Of a stretch of 64,000 nt of DNA, positions 34,801-47,975 are shown piece by piece. Every line of letters begins with the position of its first letter. Within the stretch, counting starts at the first letter, position 1. The stretch lies in the NCBI GenBank assembly GCA_951406725.2, contig OX597815.1, forward strand, positions 100,502,001 through 100,566,000, given 5' to 3'. A program made the translations under genes and the position numbers. Under the pieces are notes generated by a model, which saw only the letters and a list, made by a program, of their open reading frames with translations, was not told the origin of the DNA and ran no database searches. The stretch comes from Octopus vulgaris. Its lineage: Eukaryota.

Positions 34801-35783
34801 AGTAAATATAGTCCTACATACACTATGTCTATAGAGAACAGAATTTGAATGTTCACAGTTGGAAAGTAACTGATCAAAGAGTTGATCTAGGGATAAACAA
34901 CACAGAAGGGCATATAGCTAATGTAGTGCTACAGACTATATATTGCATTCTCTCCCCTTATCCCTAGCTCTCCTGTGTGATCCTTCTGTCTGGCATTCGC
35001 CATAATAGATCGCCAGCCACGACACATTCTTTATTTTCTCTCCTTGTTTCTTTCTGTGGAAGAGCGTAGGCTCAAAACGTTAAAGACTTTTTCATTTTCC
35101 GAGCATTATACTAATACATCTGTTTGTTGTCTACACCACCTGTCTTCGTCTTGTTTTTTTTGTGAATTCTCCCTATATCTAAATAAACACTGGGATGGTC
35201 ACATTCAACATGTCTCTGACATAAGTTTACAGGATTGGGACTGACCTGAAACTAAATACAATAAAGTAAGAAATAAATAATGTTAGGAGAGATGGAGTGG
35301 AGATTGCTCAAAGCTGGAACATCTTTGATCACGTTTGCTTGACTAAAAAGGACATGGATCTATAAACAGTGCTTGAAATAAATAGAGGAACAATATGAAG
35401 ATAAAACCAAATTTAAACAAAAATCATTCTAAAAAAGAAATTTGGAACTGTTTATTTTTATTATTTATTATTTACAAGCCTTTATTAAATATCTTAAAAG
35501 AAAATGTTTTATGATATATAAAATTAAGTTGGGAAGAGAGTGAATGTAACAATTCGCTTGGATGGCATTGACCAAGATACGTGGTTTTAAAAGGTAGATG
35601 CAGCAAGGAAATTAAAACGACAGCACCTAATTACATCATAGCCTTGATTGTTTCCTTTCTTTTCTTTGTTTGCAAGTCAATTGGCAGGTATTTGGCAATA
35701 GAGAGGAATCAGTGTTGTACTGGAGTTGTGGTATGGGAAAAAGAAAGGCTAAGAGGATAAAATATGTGTAATAAGGTGATTAA

Positions 35784-35900
35784 TTAACACTGGATACCAA
35801 TGGCTTGTAACACTTGTCGCTCAGCTGGGGTATGATGGCTGCTAAACATGTTGTAAAATGCTTGCTGTGACAAAGACTGCAAGAATTCTGATAAGTATGC
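35784..35900 (-). CDS. IPO9: Importin-9, terminal coding exon (15th in window)
   Basis: cag|AYLSEFLQSLSQQAFYNMFSSHHTPAERQVLQAIGIQC*. AATAAA on the minus strand near 35481-35486. Confidence 0.92.
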   Translation of the reverse strand, partial: AYLSEFLQSLSQQAFYNMFSSHHTPAERQVLQAIGIQC

Positions 35901-36105
35901 CTGCGAAAAGAAAGAAAATGGTATTATATAAAAAAAAGAAACAAAAACAAATAAAAATGCATTGGTAATATGGAATTTTCGACAATGTCAAATATCAAGA
36001 GTACCTAGACTATTAGACACAGAAAACAGAAGAAATTTTAAAAAACTAAAATTTAAAAGAAACTAGGTATCCCTATGAAATAACAGAATAGGTGAAAGCC
36101 ATTAC

Positions 36106-36179
36106 CTGCAGATCAATATGATAAACTGGGTCAGCCAGTGCATCAGGATCTTCGTCTTCATCCAGCCCAGATTTTAGAA
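36106..36179 (-). CDS. IPO9: Importin-9 exon (14th in window)
   Basis: LKSGLDEDEDPDALADPVYHIDLQ; AG/GT bounded, phases consistent. Confidence 0.9.
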
Positions 36180-37650
36180 CTGAAGAAAAAAAACAAGTAA
36201 CTAAAAACAGAAAAAGGTGATTAGTTGTCACAAGATCAATACATCAGCTGAAATGCTTTGAGGTACAGCCTTTTATGCTCAAACTAAGTCTTCCTGAGGT
36301 CGACTTTGCCTTTCATCCAACAGGATTTAGTCAATAATAAACGGTTTCCTAACATCAAAATCAAGATGTTCACCCACTGATAGACACCCCTAGCAACAAA
36401 AAAAAGTCATCCAACTGACTATCTGCAATGGTGCATGAAGTTCTCACAAGATTGAGTTTTTTTTCTCATAAAAGAAATTAGTGATATTTATGCCCTCTCC
36501 TGACTTTCCTCAAGAGGGGATTGTCAGTGGCTTAATTGACTGCAGGTCACAAACTTGATTTAGCAAGCACATGATTGTACTCTATGTTTGCCAGGAAAAA
36601 ATACTGGTTTCTATCTATCATTGGCACAACAAATCTGAGGGAAGCATATAGTTGGTTAAATCAACACCAAGAAAGATAATATTAATTTTATTTTGGCATA
36701 AGGCCACATATTTCATCAATCATTCAATGCCGACCTTCCACGCTGGCAAGGGTTGGACATAATTTTATGTTAAGGGCTCTGGAACTAATATTTGGTTGGT
36801 AGCATTTAAAATCAGATCAGAGGCAAAACTAAATACTCTAGTTTGTTTTAATTCCAGGTCAGCTCTGAATTGAATAACTAGGTTCAATCTCACAACTCCA
36901 GAATTTCTACAGTTTGGCCAAGATGAAAACCATACTGCACATTATGACATGCAATAGTCTGGGCAGGTCTTACTCTGCCCACTGTCCAGTCTGTTTCTGT
37001 ATGTATGTTAGAAACATGTCAAGCATGACAGAGCAGTACTATGATCCCATGCGACTTTTTGAAAGGTTCTTATTGAAACAACCCACTCTCAGCTTTTCTT
37101 TATACAAATATTTTTTTTACTGGTTTCAGTCACCAAACTGACACCATGTTAGGACATTGCTTTTAAGGTTATAGTTAATTATATCAACGTTAGTACTTGT
37201 ACTTATTTTCATTGACCTAGAAGGATGAAAGATTTAAGTTGAATTTGAAAAACGCGAAGGGAGATAATCAAATACCCTGAGGTATCTTTTTTTTTTTTTA
37301 GAGACTATTAAATTCTGTCACTATCTCATACACACTTTCTAAAGAATGGCAGCTAACAGAAAGACAAATATTGAGAGAAAAGAGAGAAGGAAGTTATTCA
37401 TAGACACTTATCCTACAATCTTTTGTATTTTTATATAATTAAAACAAAAACTTGCAGTGATAACCCTGTTTTTTTAAAATTCAGTTTATCTCAAATAACA
37501 TTATCCGCCATGTTCATTCTTATCAAAGACTAGTGTAATAAGAACACGAATTAGCCACTATTCTTAATATGTTAAGCAATTATGCAATGGCTCCCTCATT
37601 ATTTTGAATCTAAAAATAGTTCCCCAGCCCCATACAAGTAATACACTTAC

Positions 37651-37750
37651 CATTTAAACCATCACCTCCATAATCCTCTAATATGCTACTCAACGTTGTA
37701 CCATCAGATACTTCATCGTCATCATCATCACCTTCTTCAAACTCATCCTC
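37651..37750 (-). CDS. IPO9: Importin-9 exon (13th in window, acidic loop)
   Basis: EDEFEEGDDDDDEVSDGTTLSSILEDYGGDGLN; cag|..|gtaagt, phase 0 to 1. Confidence 0.85.
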
Positions 37751-38039
37751 CTGTTAAAACAAAAATGGGGGAGGGGGAGAAGAATCAATAAAAAGGACAA
37801 AACATGGTATTTTCATTTTGATTAATAATCTGACTAATTCTATTTCCAACTACACAGTTCAAAAATACCACAACCAAATAGGCGTTAGGAAGGGCATCCA
37901 GCTGTAGAAACATTGCCAGATAAGACTGGAGCCTGGTGCAGCCTTCTGGCTTCCCAGATCCCCGGTCGAACCGTCCAACCCATGCTAGCATGGAGAACGG
38001 ACGTTAAACGATGATGAAATAAATTGCTATATTACATTC

Positions 38040-38700
38040 GTAATAACTCTGAACTTTCTCCATTCTTATCTTATTCTAGTAATTATACTTTCAAAGATTT
38101 CTCCTCTACCACTAACTCATTCACTTATATAAACTATTTACTACTCTAGGAAGTCTCCTGAGCATTTGGAAAAATCTTATACATCCTGTATGGTCTTGGT
38201 GTGGTAGATGCACAGGAACAACAAACAGTCTATTTGATTTGTTAACTTACTTGTGATTCCACCGCACTTCTTGTGTCCATAGCTTGCACTGGATAGACCA
38301 GTATGGAATTTCTATCTATATCATTTCTACACATCAAGCAGGATGGTTTTCCTGAAGATAAAGGGAGTAGAATCCTGTCCATTTTCCTGCTTACTAGAAC
38401 TTTGGTCTTTGTTAAGTAAATTTTAAGGACCTCCAATTCCAGGTTTTGCTTTTACAACTAAATTTCTTTCCTCATTCTATTACAGATTCTGCTTACAACA
38501 ACAAGGTTATCAGCATACAGTAGTTTCCAAAGCCAACTAGTCTTAAAATTCTTCTGTTATGGTCAGAAGAACAATGATTAGCGCTAGTGAACTGCCACCT
38601 GTACACTAAATTTGCTGCTGAGCTCATTTTTAACTCCCATCTTATAGACAGCAACCTTGTACATTGCTTATATGGCTCTCAGAAACCATACATTGGTTTC
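38040..38700 (-). mobile_element. Decayed RTE fragment in an IPO9 intron
   Basis: WKLLYADNL.., TKTKVLVSRK and RIRIRMEKVQ-like remnants. Confidence 0.6.
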
Positions 38701-38705
38701 CAGGT

Positions 38706-38913
38706 TTAACCCTTTTGCAATTAAGATAGCCAAATCAGGCCAAAATATTCTATCAGATCCAGCCTCATACACCCATCCTACAATGTCATTCCAAAGATAA
38801 ACAATTACATAATCAAAATTTCAAAAGTTACAAGATAGTTTTTAGTTAATTCAAAACAATGTGAATATATAAGCATTACATTTGATAGAGGAATATGACT
38901 GCTAATGGGTTAA
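38706..38913. mobile_element. piggyBac-type MITE (TTAA-CCC...GGG-TTAA)
   Basis: TTAACCCTTTTGCA...TGCTAATGGGTTAA; a related copy lies at ~46688-46897. Confidence 0.6.
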
Positions 38914-40518
38914 AAGAATCTAGCCAACCATATCCTTCACAACGGTATAGAGATATAACACTGGAGAAAGTTCTTAAAATACAGCATATTTTTAATTATG
39001 GTATGTTCAACAATATTCAGCACCATCATCAGGTCAATGAACAGCAGAATGGAGAACAAAGTGTCTAGCAATCTTTTAGTTGCACCTGATTCTCTTATTT
39101 CTTTTACTAGTTTCAAACACACTTCCTATAAACCTGGTTTATAGGAAGTAAAGAGAATCAAATAGCAATTCAACTTGGCCTTCATTCTTCCAAGTTTGAT
39201 GAAGTACCATTCATGATGTTGGAATTATAATAAATTATACACTTTTGAAAAAAAAAAAAAAAAAAACCCATTATTTTAGTATCATTGTTACACACTGGCT
39301 AGCATGGGTTGGCCAAATTTCAAATTTCACCACTGTAGTGTCTCCTCATGAACTAGCCATTCAACAGAATGTAGGTTAGGATATTTTCTTCGTTTTCGTA
39401 CCAAGTGGATGAGCTTCTTGTCACCAACTGCTTTGACAAATATGCATCATGACAGTAGCATAAACTTCCTGAAATTCACTCCCATTTTAGCATCCATCTT
39501 TCCTTGTTTGCATAGGTCAGATGGAATTCATTAAGACAAATTTTTTATGACTAACTTTCTCGTTGTCAACCCATACCTATTTGGAAGCAAGGAATGTCTC
39601 TGTCTATGGCTAGACGTATCTCCATAGAAGACTGGAAACAAACAACAGTAATAGTATGATGACAATGCTTATTTACAACTATTGCACAATGTCAAGACAG
39701 GGAGATACACATCATGTATATGCTAGTGCCACGTAAAAAACACTTATGCTGGTGCAATGTTAAAAGCATCCAGTACACTGTGGAGTGATGGCATTAGGAA
39801 GAGCAGCCAGCTGTAGAAACCATGCCTGAACAGACAATTGAGCCTGATGCAGTCCCTGGTCATACCAACTCCAGTCAAACCGTCAAACTCATGCTAGCAT
39901 GAAAAACAGATGTTAAATCACGACAATCACACAAACGCACACTTACTTGACTGGATTATTTTCAGTTTCTGTCTAAGCTAATTCACAAGGCATTGCTTGG
40001 GTTGGAGCTAGAAGACACTGGCCCAAGGTGACACAGTGGGATTGAACTTGAAGATATGTAGTTGGAGAATTCTTAACTACAGAGCCATGCTTGCACCTGC
40101 CTATATCATATTCCTTGCTGACACTGATTTGCAGATGTTCAAACCAAGCAGCAATATCACCAGTCTGGAGAACTGGCAAAAACCATGGGCACTGCTGCTA
40201 TACAACTTTGATTGAAGTAAGTTGCTGTGTAAGATTAGAACCTTCACTTTTGGTTTCAGTTGGTACTTCATCTAACCCATGCTAACATAGGAAAACAGAC
40301 AAAAATGAAAGAACAAGCAAAGTGTATGCCTGTGTATATGTATGCAAGTGTGCTTTCAGTTTCTGTATACAAAATTCACTCCACAAGGCTTTGGTTGCCC
40401 AAGGATCATAGTAAGGAAAAAAACCCCAAAAAAACCCTGCTCCAAATGCCACACAGTAGGATTGAACCTTAAACTATATGGGTCTAGTCAACAGAAAAGA
40501 AAAGAAAAAAAAACTTAC

Positions 40519-40643
40519 ATCGATTAATTCATCTTCATCGGGAATATTGGTTGCCATGTTAGTTTCCATTTGATTAGAAAGTTCATTCACAATCAGTTTG
40601 TAAATTTTAACTAAAACTGGTACCCGTGTCCACTGAGTTGGAG
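40519..40643 (-). CDS. IPO9: Importin-9 exon (12th in window)
   Basis: PTQWTRVPVLVKIYKLIVNELSNQMETN..; tag|..|gtaagt. Confidence 0.92.
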
Positions 40644-42314
40644 CTAAGAATAACAAAGCCAAGATATTTTATTTATTAATCTGACCAGAATATATTGAAA
40701 AAATTATAATTCAATATATTACATGAAAATAAAAAAAATACTAAAATATTACAAAAACTAAACTATTTTAAGACAATATACACATTAAACATTCCTATAA
40801 AAAGGAAAACTACTCCTTTAATGACTAGCTTTAAATGCGGTTTGCAAAACATCCCTATTCTCATCTCTCATCATCATCGTCGTTTAACGTCCGTTCTCCA
40901 TGCTAGCATGGGTTGGACGGTTCGACCGGGGTTCTGGGAAGCCAGAAGGCTGCACCAGGCTCCAGTCTAATTTGGCAATGTTTCTACAGCTGGATGCCCT
41001 TCCTAACGCCAACCACTCCGTGGTCTCTATGAGACATAAATTCATTCTAATTTGCAATTTATCACTAGTTCCCTCAGACTCTGGGCTTTAATTTCCTATT
41101 TAAATATAGTTATTGTTTTTGTTCATTCATGTTGGTAAGGATTAAACAGATCTGTAAAATGACTTGAAATTAACTTTCTAAGGCATTCTGATCTATTGTT
41201 AATTCGAATCGTTTCAATTAATCTGCTTGTATTTATATTATGTCTAGATTACTACAATCAATCACTTTAATTATAACGTTTTTAATATTCTCTTCAATTG
41301 TGAACATACCTCCAAATAATCTAGCTTGCCTTTTGTTAATATTTACAAATGGTTGGACCACTTTTTCTGTGCTAGAACCTGCATTTTGTACTAAGGTCTA
41401 GATCTTTTTAATTTTTCTTTCTAATGAATTAAATAATATTCTTACTCTTACCTATTAAAAATGCTTCTTAAACACACAACCAAATCTGGGTATTTAACCT
41501 ACCAAACATCTCTGGTATCTTTGGAAGCACATTTGCTTCAACTAGAATAAGGTGGAAATGATAAGGCTTGAGTCACCAAACCTATCAGACTTTACCAAGA
41601 AACCTAATGACTACAGTCTTACATTCAATATCCTTTTAATCATTCATTGTTTTCAGTTACTGGATTGGGGATATGCTGGAGCACAGCCTTCAATGTTTTA
41701 GTCCATTATATCAACCACAGTACTCAGCCATGCAATTAGTAGAGACCAATAAAATGATTATCAGAATAAGTTCATCTGATTTTCATCCCTTTATAAAATG
41801 AACTCTAATGAATTTAAATATCAAAAGGTATTAGAGAAACATGTATGTAAATGACTTTCACCACAAATCAACCTGAAGCTGTGTATTTTAATTTTTTATG
41901 GCTCAACCAGGAGCAAATTTCAAGTCCAACAACCATTTTTTGAGGCTGTATGGGATGGGTGGGAGGAAGTTAACTTCAAGACAAAAACCTAAGTTGAATG
42001 CTTCCAACAGACTGAACTTCATAAAAAGGAACGGGCACGTGAAACTCCGAGTAACAGGTTTTGTTAAAAAGGAATCTATACAGCAGGTAGTTGTGCTGAA
42101 CAAAGTAACATAAAACTTACAACCCAAGGAATTACACTGAGGAATTGAACCAGAAGCTACTCAATTACAAAGTCAACTGCTTTATCACAAAGTTACTTAC
42201 ATTTAATAATAAAAACTAAAAAGGTAATCAAAATTAAAATGAGGATTAAAGAAAATGAAAATTATTAAACATTACACTAAAATAAAAACCATTATATGCA
42301 AAAAATCCACTTGC

Positions 42315-42445
42315 TTTTATTTCTTTGGGATCGTGTTCTAATACCACTGTCATCAATAATCTCATCTCCAGTAACTTCAATTTCATTAAAACGTGTATCA
42401 TTGGTATTAACAGCATACTGTAGAAGTTTGGTGAGAGCAATAATA
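42315..42445 (-). CDS. IPO9: Importin-9 exon (11th in window), ending at a GC donor
   Basis: IIALTKLLQYAVNTNDTRFNEIEVTGDEIIDDSGIRTRSQRNK; donor AAAA|GCAAGT gives the required phase 1. Confidence 0.85.
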
Positions 42446-42627
42446 CTGCAAAACAAAGAATCAATATTAATATGTATGTATAAAAAGTACATGTAGCATT
42501 AATGGAATTGAGTTTCAGTTTCAAATAAATGAATACACACACACACACTATACATGATAATAAAGCTTAGACTAGTCTTGACTTGCATGACACAGATATT
42601 TATCTCAGCTGATGCACTACGGTTAGA

Positions 42628-42837
42628 TTAACCCTTTCGTTACTGTATTTATTTTGAGATGCTCTATGTTTCTTTCAATTACTTAAAATATAACAAAGAA
42701 TTTAATAAAATAACCAGCTAGTGCCAGGAACATAAATTGAGACTAAGGTTTGCTGGAAGATTTTAATTTCAAACTTATGAAAACAAGACATTTGTACACA
42801 GAGCCAGTTTCAGCCGAGTTGGTAACAAAAGGGTTAA
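42628..42837. mobile_element. piggyBac-type MITE with TTAA target-site duplication
   Basis: TTAA CCCTTTCGTTAC ... GTAACAAAAGGG TTAA; a partial related copy starts at 16051. Confidence 0.75.
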
Positions 42838-43281
42838 AGACCGGAGAAGTGGTGAAGACTGATTTTAAAATGTTGCATCTCACAATGTTGCCTTAGTTGG
42901 TGACACATACTAGCATAATGAAACAAATGTTAAAAATTGGTAGTGCTGGAAGATGGACAGCATAACAAAAATGCATGAAAACTATTCCTAATTGAGTGGC
43001 TTAGTTTACATTACAGAAGATTATTTTTAGTCATACAAACTGCCTAAGTTTTAGTTTTACAAACTGCTTTCTGAGCAAAAGCAACTGTGAAATTGAACAA
43101 ACAAGAAAAACTACTGGAGTGGCTGAACGGACTGAAAATTGCCAATTCTTCAAATCAGGTCTAAAATAGGCTACATTGGATAATACAGCACTCAATACAT
43201 ATGCCTGAACAAAAGAGGTCTGAATATAGGTTTCTTGGTTCGTAACCGACCTGGGGATAGACAACAACTTAAAGAACTCAC

Positions 43282-43448
43282 CTGACTTTATTTTCATAGG
43301 CACCATAGAAGAGATGCTGGCGTGAACACCATTCAGTAAGAACAAAATGTAATGCTGGTTTGCCTGTTGGTCCAGGTACATTGGAAAGAAATGCCAATAA
43401 GGCTTCCATTTGTGTGTGAGTGAGATGTGCAAAAATCATCACCAAACT
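43282..43448 (-). CDS. IPO9: Importin-9 exon (10th in window)
   Basis: [55 protein letters not shown]; cag|..|gtgagt. Confidence 0.93.
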
Positions 43449-43789
43449 CTGAATTAAGAAACAGTATGATAATAGACAATATCAATTAAATAGTTAAGTC
43501 TGGTAGCTAGAGATAATCAAATAGATGAATATAGATAATTAGTTTCAAATCTTTTATAGTGATCTATTTTAGCAAATAATCCCCAATTCCCATTCCTTTC
43601 TTTTAAATAGCTATCCAAAAATTTAATAAAAATAGCACAACACTTTTCTTCAAGAAATATTGAGTTTTTGCTTATAGTAATATGTTTGTAGTACTTATGT
43701 CCATGGTTTATCACCTAAACATATTCACCTAAACATTTCATCAAAGTCTTTAGACTTCAAAAAAAAATTTTTTTTTAGTCTCCATAGAT

Positions 43790-45231
43790 GTAGATATGGC
43801 TGTGTGGTAAGAAACTTGCTTTCCAACCACATGGTTCCAAGTTCAGTTCCACTATGGGACACCTTGGGCAGGTGTCTTCCACTATAGCCTCAGACTGCCC
43901 AGTCTTGTAAGTGGATTTAGTAGACAGAAACCTGAAAGGAGCCCAGGGTGTGGGGGATGACCTTTTTAACTGGTTGAAATCCTTCATTCTCAGCCGAAAG
44001 GAGGTAGTCACAGTTCTAGGACAGCACTCTACACCATATGAGATGTCATCGGGTGTACCACAGGGATCTGTCCTTGGTCCCCTCCTGTTTGTGGCATACA
44101 TTAATGACATAGATGCCAATTTAAAGAATGCCACAGTATTGAAATATGCAGACGACATCAAGCTGTACCTTGAAATCAAGAGGACTGATCCTGATGTCTA
44201 CAACTCTTTCCTGCAATCAGACCTAGACACAATGCAGCAATGGATCACAGACTGGCAACTGAAACTGGCTGTGGACAAGTGTACCACCATGCATTTTGGG
44301 AGAAAAAACCCTGCGTCCACATACTCCCTTCACAACACTGATATCAAGAAATCCTCTTGCGAGCGTGACCTAGGCATCACTGTCAGCAGTGATTTGCGTT
44401 GGACAAAGCATATCTCTAAAATTGTCAAGAAGGCCGAGGGTGTCTTGGCATCACTCAGCAAGACTTTTGTTAGCCGCTCTCCAGCCATCTATTTAAAACT
44501 GTATACAGCTATGGTACGACCACACTTGGAATTCGCATCATCAGTTTGGAATCCCTATCTTGCTCAGAACATTGACCTCCTGGAATCTGTCCAGAGACGT
44601 GCAACCAAACGCATACCCTCCATCAGACACCTACCATATTCTGAGCGCCTTGTTTCCCTGGGCATGGATTCACTGAAGCTCCGGCGTCTGGCGACGGACT
44701 TGGTAAACACCCACAAGGTTATCAACCACCTCACCAACAACAACACTGAACACCTTTTTGATCTCCATGTGTCTAACACACGTGGACATGCCTACAAAGT
44801 CAGAAAACAGCACAGCTCCCATGACTTTCGGAAACATTTTTTCACGCTCAGGGTTGCTGAAGCGTGGAATAAACTGCCTGCATCAGTTGTTGACTGCCAT
44901 GACACTGCATCCTTTAAGGCCCTCATGCTTCCCGAAATCCGTCGAAACTACACCTAATTATATATACACTTTAGATGAGTTGTAGTGCACCTGAGCACTG
45001 TACACAATTATTATTATTATTATTTTATATTTATGTGTGTGTCTGTCCTGCCATCACTGCTTGACAGCCAGTGTTGGTGTGTTTAGTCCCCATAACTTAA
45101 CAGTTCAGTAAAAAAGATTGATAGAATAAGTACTACGCTTAAAAAAAGTCCTGGGGCCAATTTGACTAAAATCCCTCAAGACAGTGCTCCAACATACCTG
45201 CAGTCAAATGACTGAAACAAGTAAAAGAATA
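43790..45231 (+). mobile_element. SINE family A copy split by a CR1 insertion (halves ~43790-43945 and ~45025-45231)
   Basis: SINE head precedes the LINE, and SINE body plus GTAAAAGA tail follow it. Confidence 0.8.
43946..45024 (+). mobile_element. Young 5'-truncated CR1-group LINE (RT C-terminal half, short 3' UTR, (ATT)n tail), antisense in an IPO9 intron
   Basis: Uninterrupted frame SGVPQGSVLGPLLFVAYIND..KYADDIKLY..ERDLGI..VRPHLEFASSVWNP..TRGHAYK..RKHFFTLRVAEAWNKLP to the stop at 44957. Confidence 0.92.
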
Positions 45232-47135
45232 TCTTTTCAAACTTGTGTAATATAATGAACTAAAGGATAGGACATAGTTGATAAGGGTTAAAAAAAAATC
45301 ATGATTTTTGTAACACCTCCAAAACTGTAAGAGAAATCACAACACAAATTGCTGTAATAGGAAGCAGTACATTTAGATATATCCTGTTATTCTTAAACTG
45401 GAGTTATACATACCATCCAAAATGGACTCTGGTAAACAGACACACAAGAGCCAGTTCATGGTGTTTATGTTGTCATTGAACAAATTGGATTAAGTCTACT
45501 ACACAAGAATAGGTAGAGCCTGACACGTTTCTGCACAATTTCTTTCAAAACAAATTCCACTCACTAAGCTTAGGTCAAACAAAGGCTATGATAGAAGACA
45601 TCTCCAAGGTGACACATTGTGGGATTGCTCCAGGAACCACATTATCATGAACAAACTTTTAAACACTATGCCCAGACATGGCCATGTTCAGTACATTTTA
45701 CCAGAGATCATCAACCTAAAAGAACATTATTTTGATGTCACAAGTCTACACAGATTATCACTTATCTATTTTGGCATGTTAACCATACACATATTATGTA
45801 ATTAATCTGACAGTTCTTTTGCTGAGATTGAAAACAGTTGTATCAAAAATAGCCAATCACTTATAGTGGATGAAACCTGTGGGAGAGATATACCCTGGAG
45901 GACATGGGATGAAGTGGTGAGGGCTGATTTCAAGATGGTGAGTCACATAGAAGAGATGACAAAGGACCAAGATGCTTGGCAATACAAGGTTCTTGGCAAG
46001 AACTACCCACCTCAGCAAAACTAAGTTCTGGAAGCACTATGTATTTCACCCACATGTTTAATTCATGCACCCCAATGAACCAAACATCTTTTCATACACC
46101 ATGCTGCTCATCTCTTTGACTGCTCTAGCAGCCCAATGCTGCTTTGTCATCTCTCTAGCTCTCTTCTGATCCCCAATATACCCCTTACTGTATTCCTTCT
46201 CCTCCCTCTCCCAATTTTGCACTTTCATGAACTCCTTGCTCACTCACTCTCCAATCTTCACTACCACTTACATTCATCTACCTGTACCTTGAAAGTGTGT
46301 TCTGGCTTGCTGCCACTATATATCTCTCTCTCTCCAACTTGGGTATTCATTTATCTCCTCTGCAGCAAGACACTTGTGTTTCTGTCCCTTTATATAGTTT
46401 AAGTGGCTAAATTGCCTTTGCAAGTTACTTGGTGACCATACCAGTGCTATGTAAAAAGCATCCAGTACATTATGTACTATAAAGTGGTTGGCATTAGGAA
46501 GGGCATCAAGCCATAGAAACCATGCCAAAGCAGATAGTGCTTGGAATGGTTTGACTGGAGCTGGTAAGCCAGAGAATTATGTCAACCAATGCCAACATGC
46601 AAAAAGGACATTAAATGAGGATTATTATCTGAAGTATTGATGTAATATTTTGTCGCTGATGTACATCACACTTTTAGAGGTATATTTTTTACCCTTTAGC
46701 ATTTAAACCAACCCTATCCAGCTCAAACATTCTACCTGTTTTACATTTAGACAGAGTAGATCCAGCCTCTCACACTTACCCTGTCATGCCTCCTAAAAAT
46801 AATTACACCATCAAAATCTCAAAGCTAGGAGACAATGCATGATGAATTCAAAGCAATGTGAACAAATATGCATTGCATTTAAGAGAGTAAGGGTTAAAGA
46901 TTTTATTGAAAGATTGAAAACTGCAAGTTGGGATGGGGAATAGACTGAGAATTGAAATGGGGGCTGACAAATTGCCATGTTTAATAAAATTAAGATGTTT
47001 TTGAACTGTTAAAAACTTGTCCAATACCATGGCAAGAAAAGAGTTGCTGCAAACAACAGTACCTTCTCATTAAAAATAGGGGTGTGGCAAAAAATTGAAT
47101 AAATACAAATATAAATCTGGCCTTAAATTATCTAC

Positions 47136-47338
47136 CTGTATGACAGATAAAGTTTCTGAACGTTGCATTTTGCCCAAGACAGACCTAAGCATCAAGTCGA
47201 GATCTTCTCCAAGCTGACTACCAACTTTACTGATAATCACTGAGACTAGTTTGCCAACAAATGTTGCAGTAAACTCAGGAGTCTTTGGGTCAAGTAATTT
47301 GGCTATCACCTGGATGATGTAGAACAAACCATTTTTAC
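47136..47338 (-). CDS. IPO9: Importin-9 exon (9th in window)
   Basis: [44 protein letters not shown]. Confidence 0.93.
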
Positions 47339-47754
47339 CTAAATTAGGAGGGAAACAAAAAAAAATATATATATATATATAAGCATATAAAAACAATTTC
47401 TAACATAGACACAAGACCACAAATTTTAGGGCCAGGTACAATCAAATCAAAGCATGTATCCTAGGGATCAAGCAACCAGGCTTTCACTTGTGAAGTCATG
47501 GATTCCATTCCCAATCTAAGAGGCACATTATGTCCTTGAGTGAGGCACTTTACACATGTTGCTTCAGTCCACTCAGATTGAGCAGCATTAACAATTCAGT
47601 AATAGGACCCAAAATGTTCAGGCATAACAAGATAAACTTAGCACTGGACTGCTATATACTACCTTTACCCTTTTATAGTCAAACCAATCTCAGTACATGA
47701 CTGGTAATTATTGACGATGAAAGGCAAAGTCCTTGCAATTTAAACTAATGTACC

Positions 47755-47975
47755 TATGAGGATGTGTTGAAAGGTTTCTGGCTTTGGATAAAAGAAAATA
47801 CATGAGGATCAGTTAATTATGATTCTATTCAACACATTCTCCTCTCAGATTCACACACTTATTGTAGCAGTCCTTCAGTTTTTCTAAGCCCTCTAAAAGC
47901 TCGGAAGGTTGGGCCTCCAACCAGGCCTTTCATGATGCTCTTAAAGTCAGGAACTATTCAGCACCCCACCTCATA
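47755..47975 (-). mobile_element. Mariner-derived MITE (internally deleted)
   Basis: TA-flanked ~30-bp imperfect TIRs (TGAGGATGTGTTGAAAGGTTTCTGGCTTT / AAAGTCAGGAACTATTCAGCACCCCACCTCA). The minus strand retains the transposase C-terminal peptide YNKCVNLRGECVE*. Confidence 0.7.

Noticed and set aside
43030-43270. Possible intronic H/ACA snoRNA downstream of an IPO9 exon
   Set aside because: Two weak hairpins, but no properly placed H box or ACA.
43911-43945. ORF-track start of the 348-aa RT ORF
   Set aside because: The first residues come from the flanking SINE; the LINE is 5'-truncated and has no own start codon.
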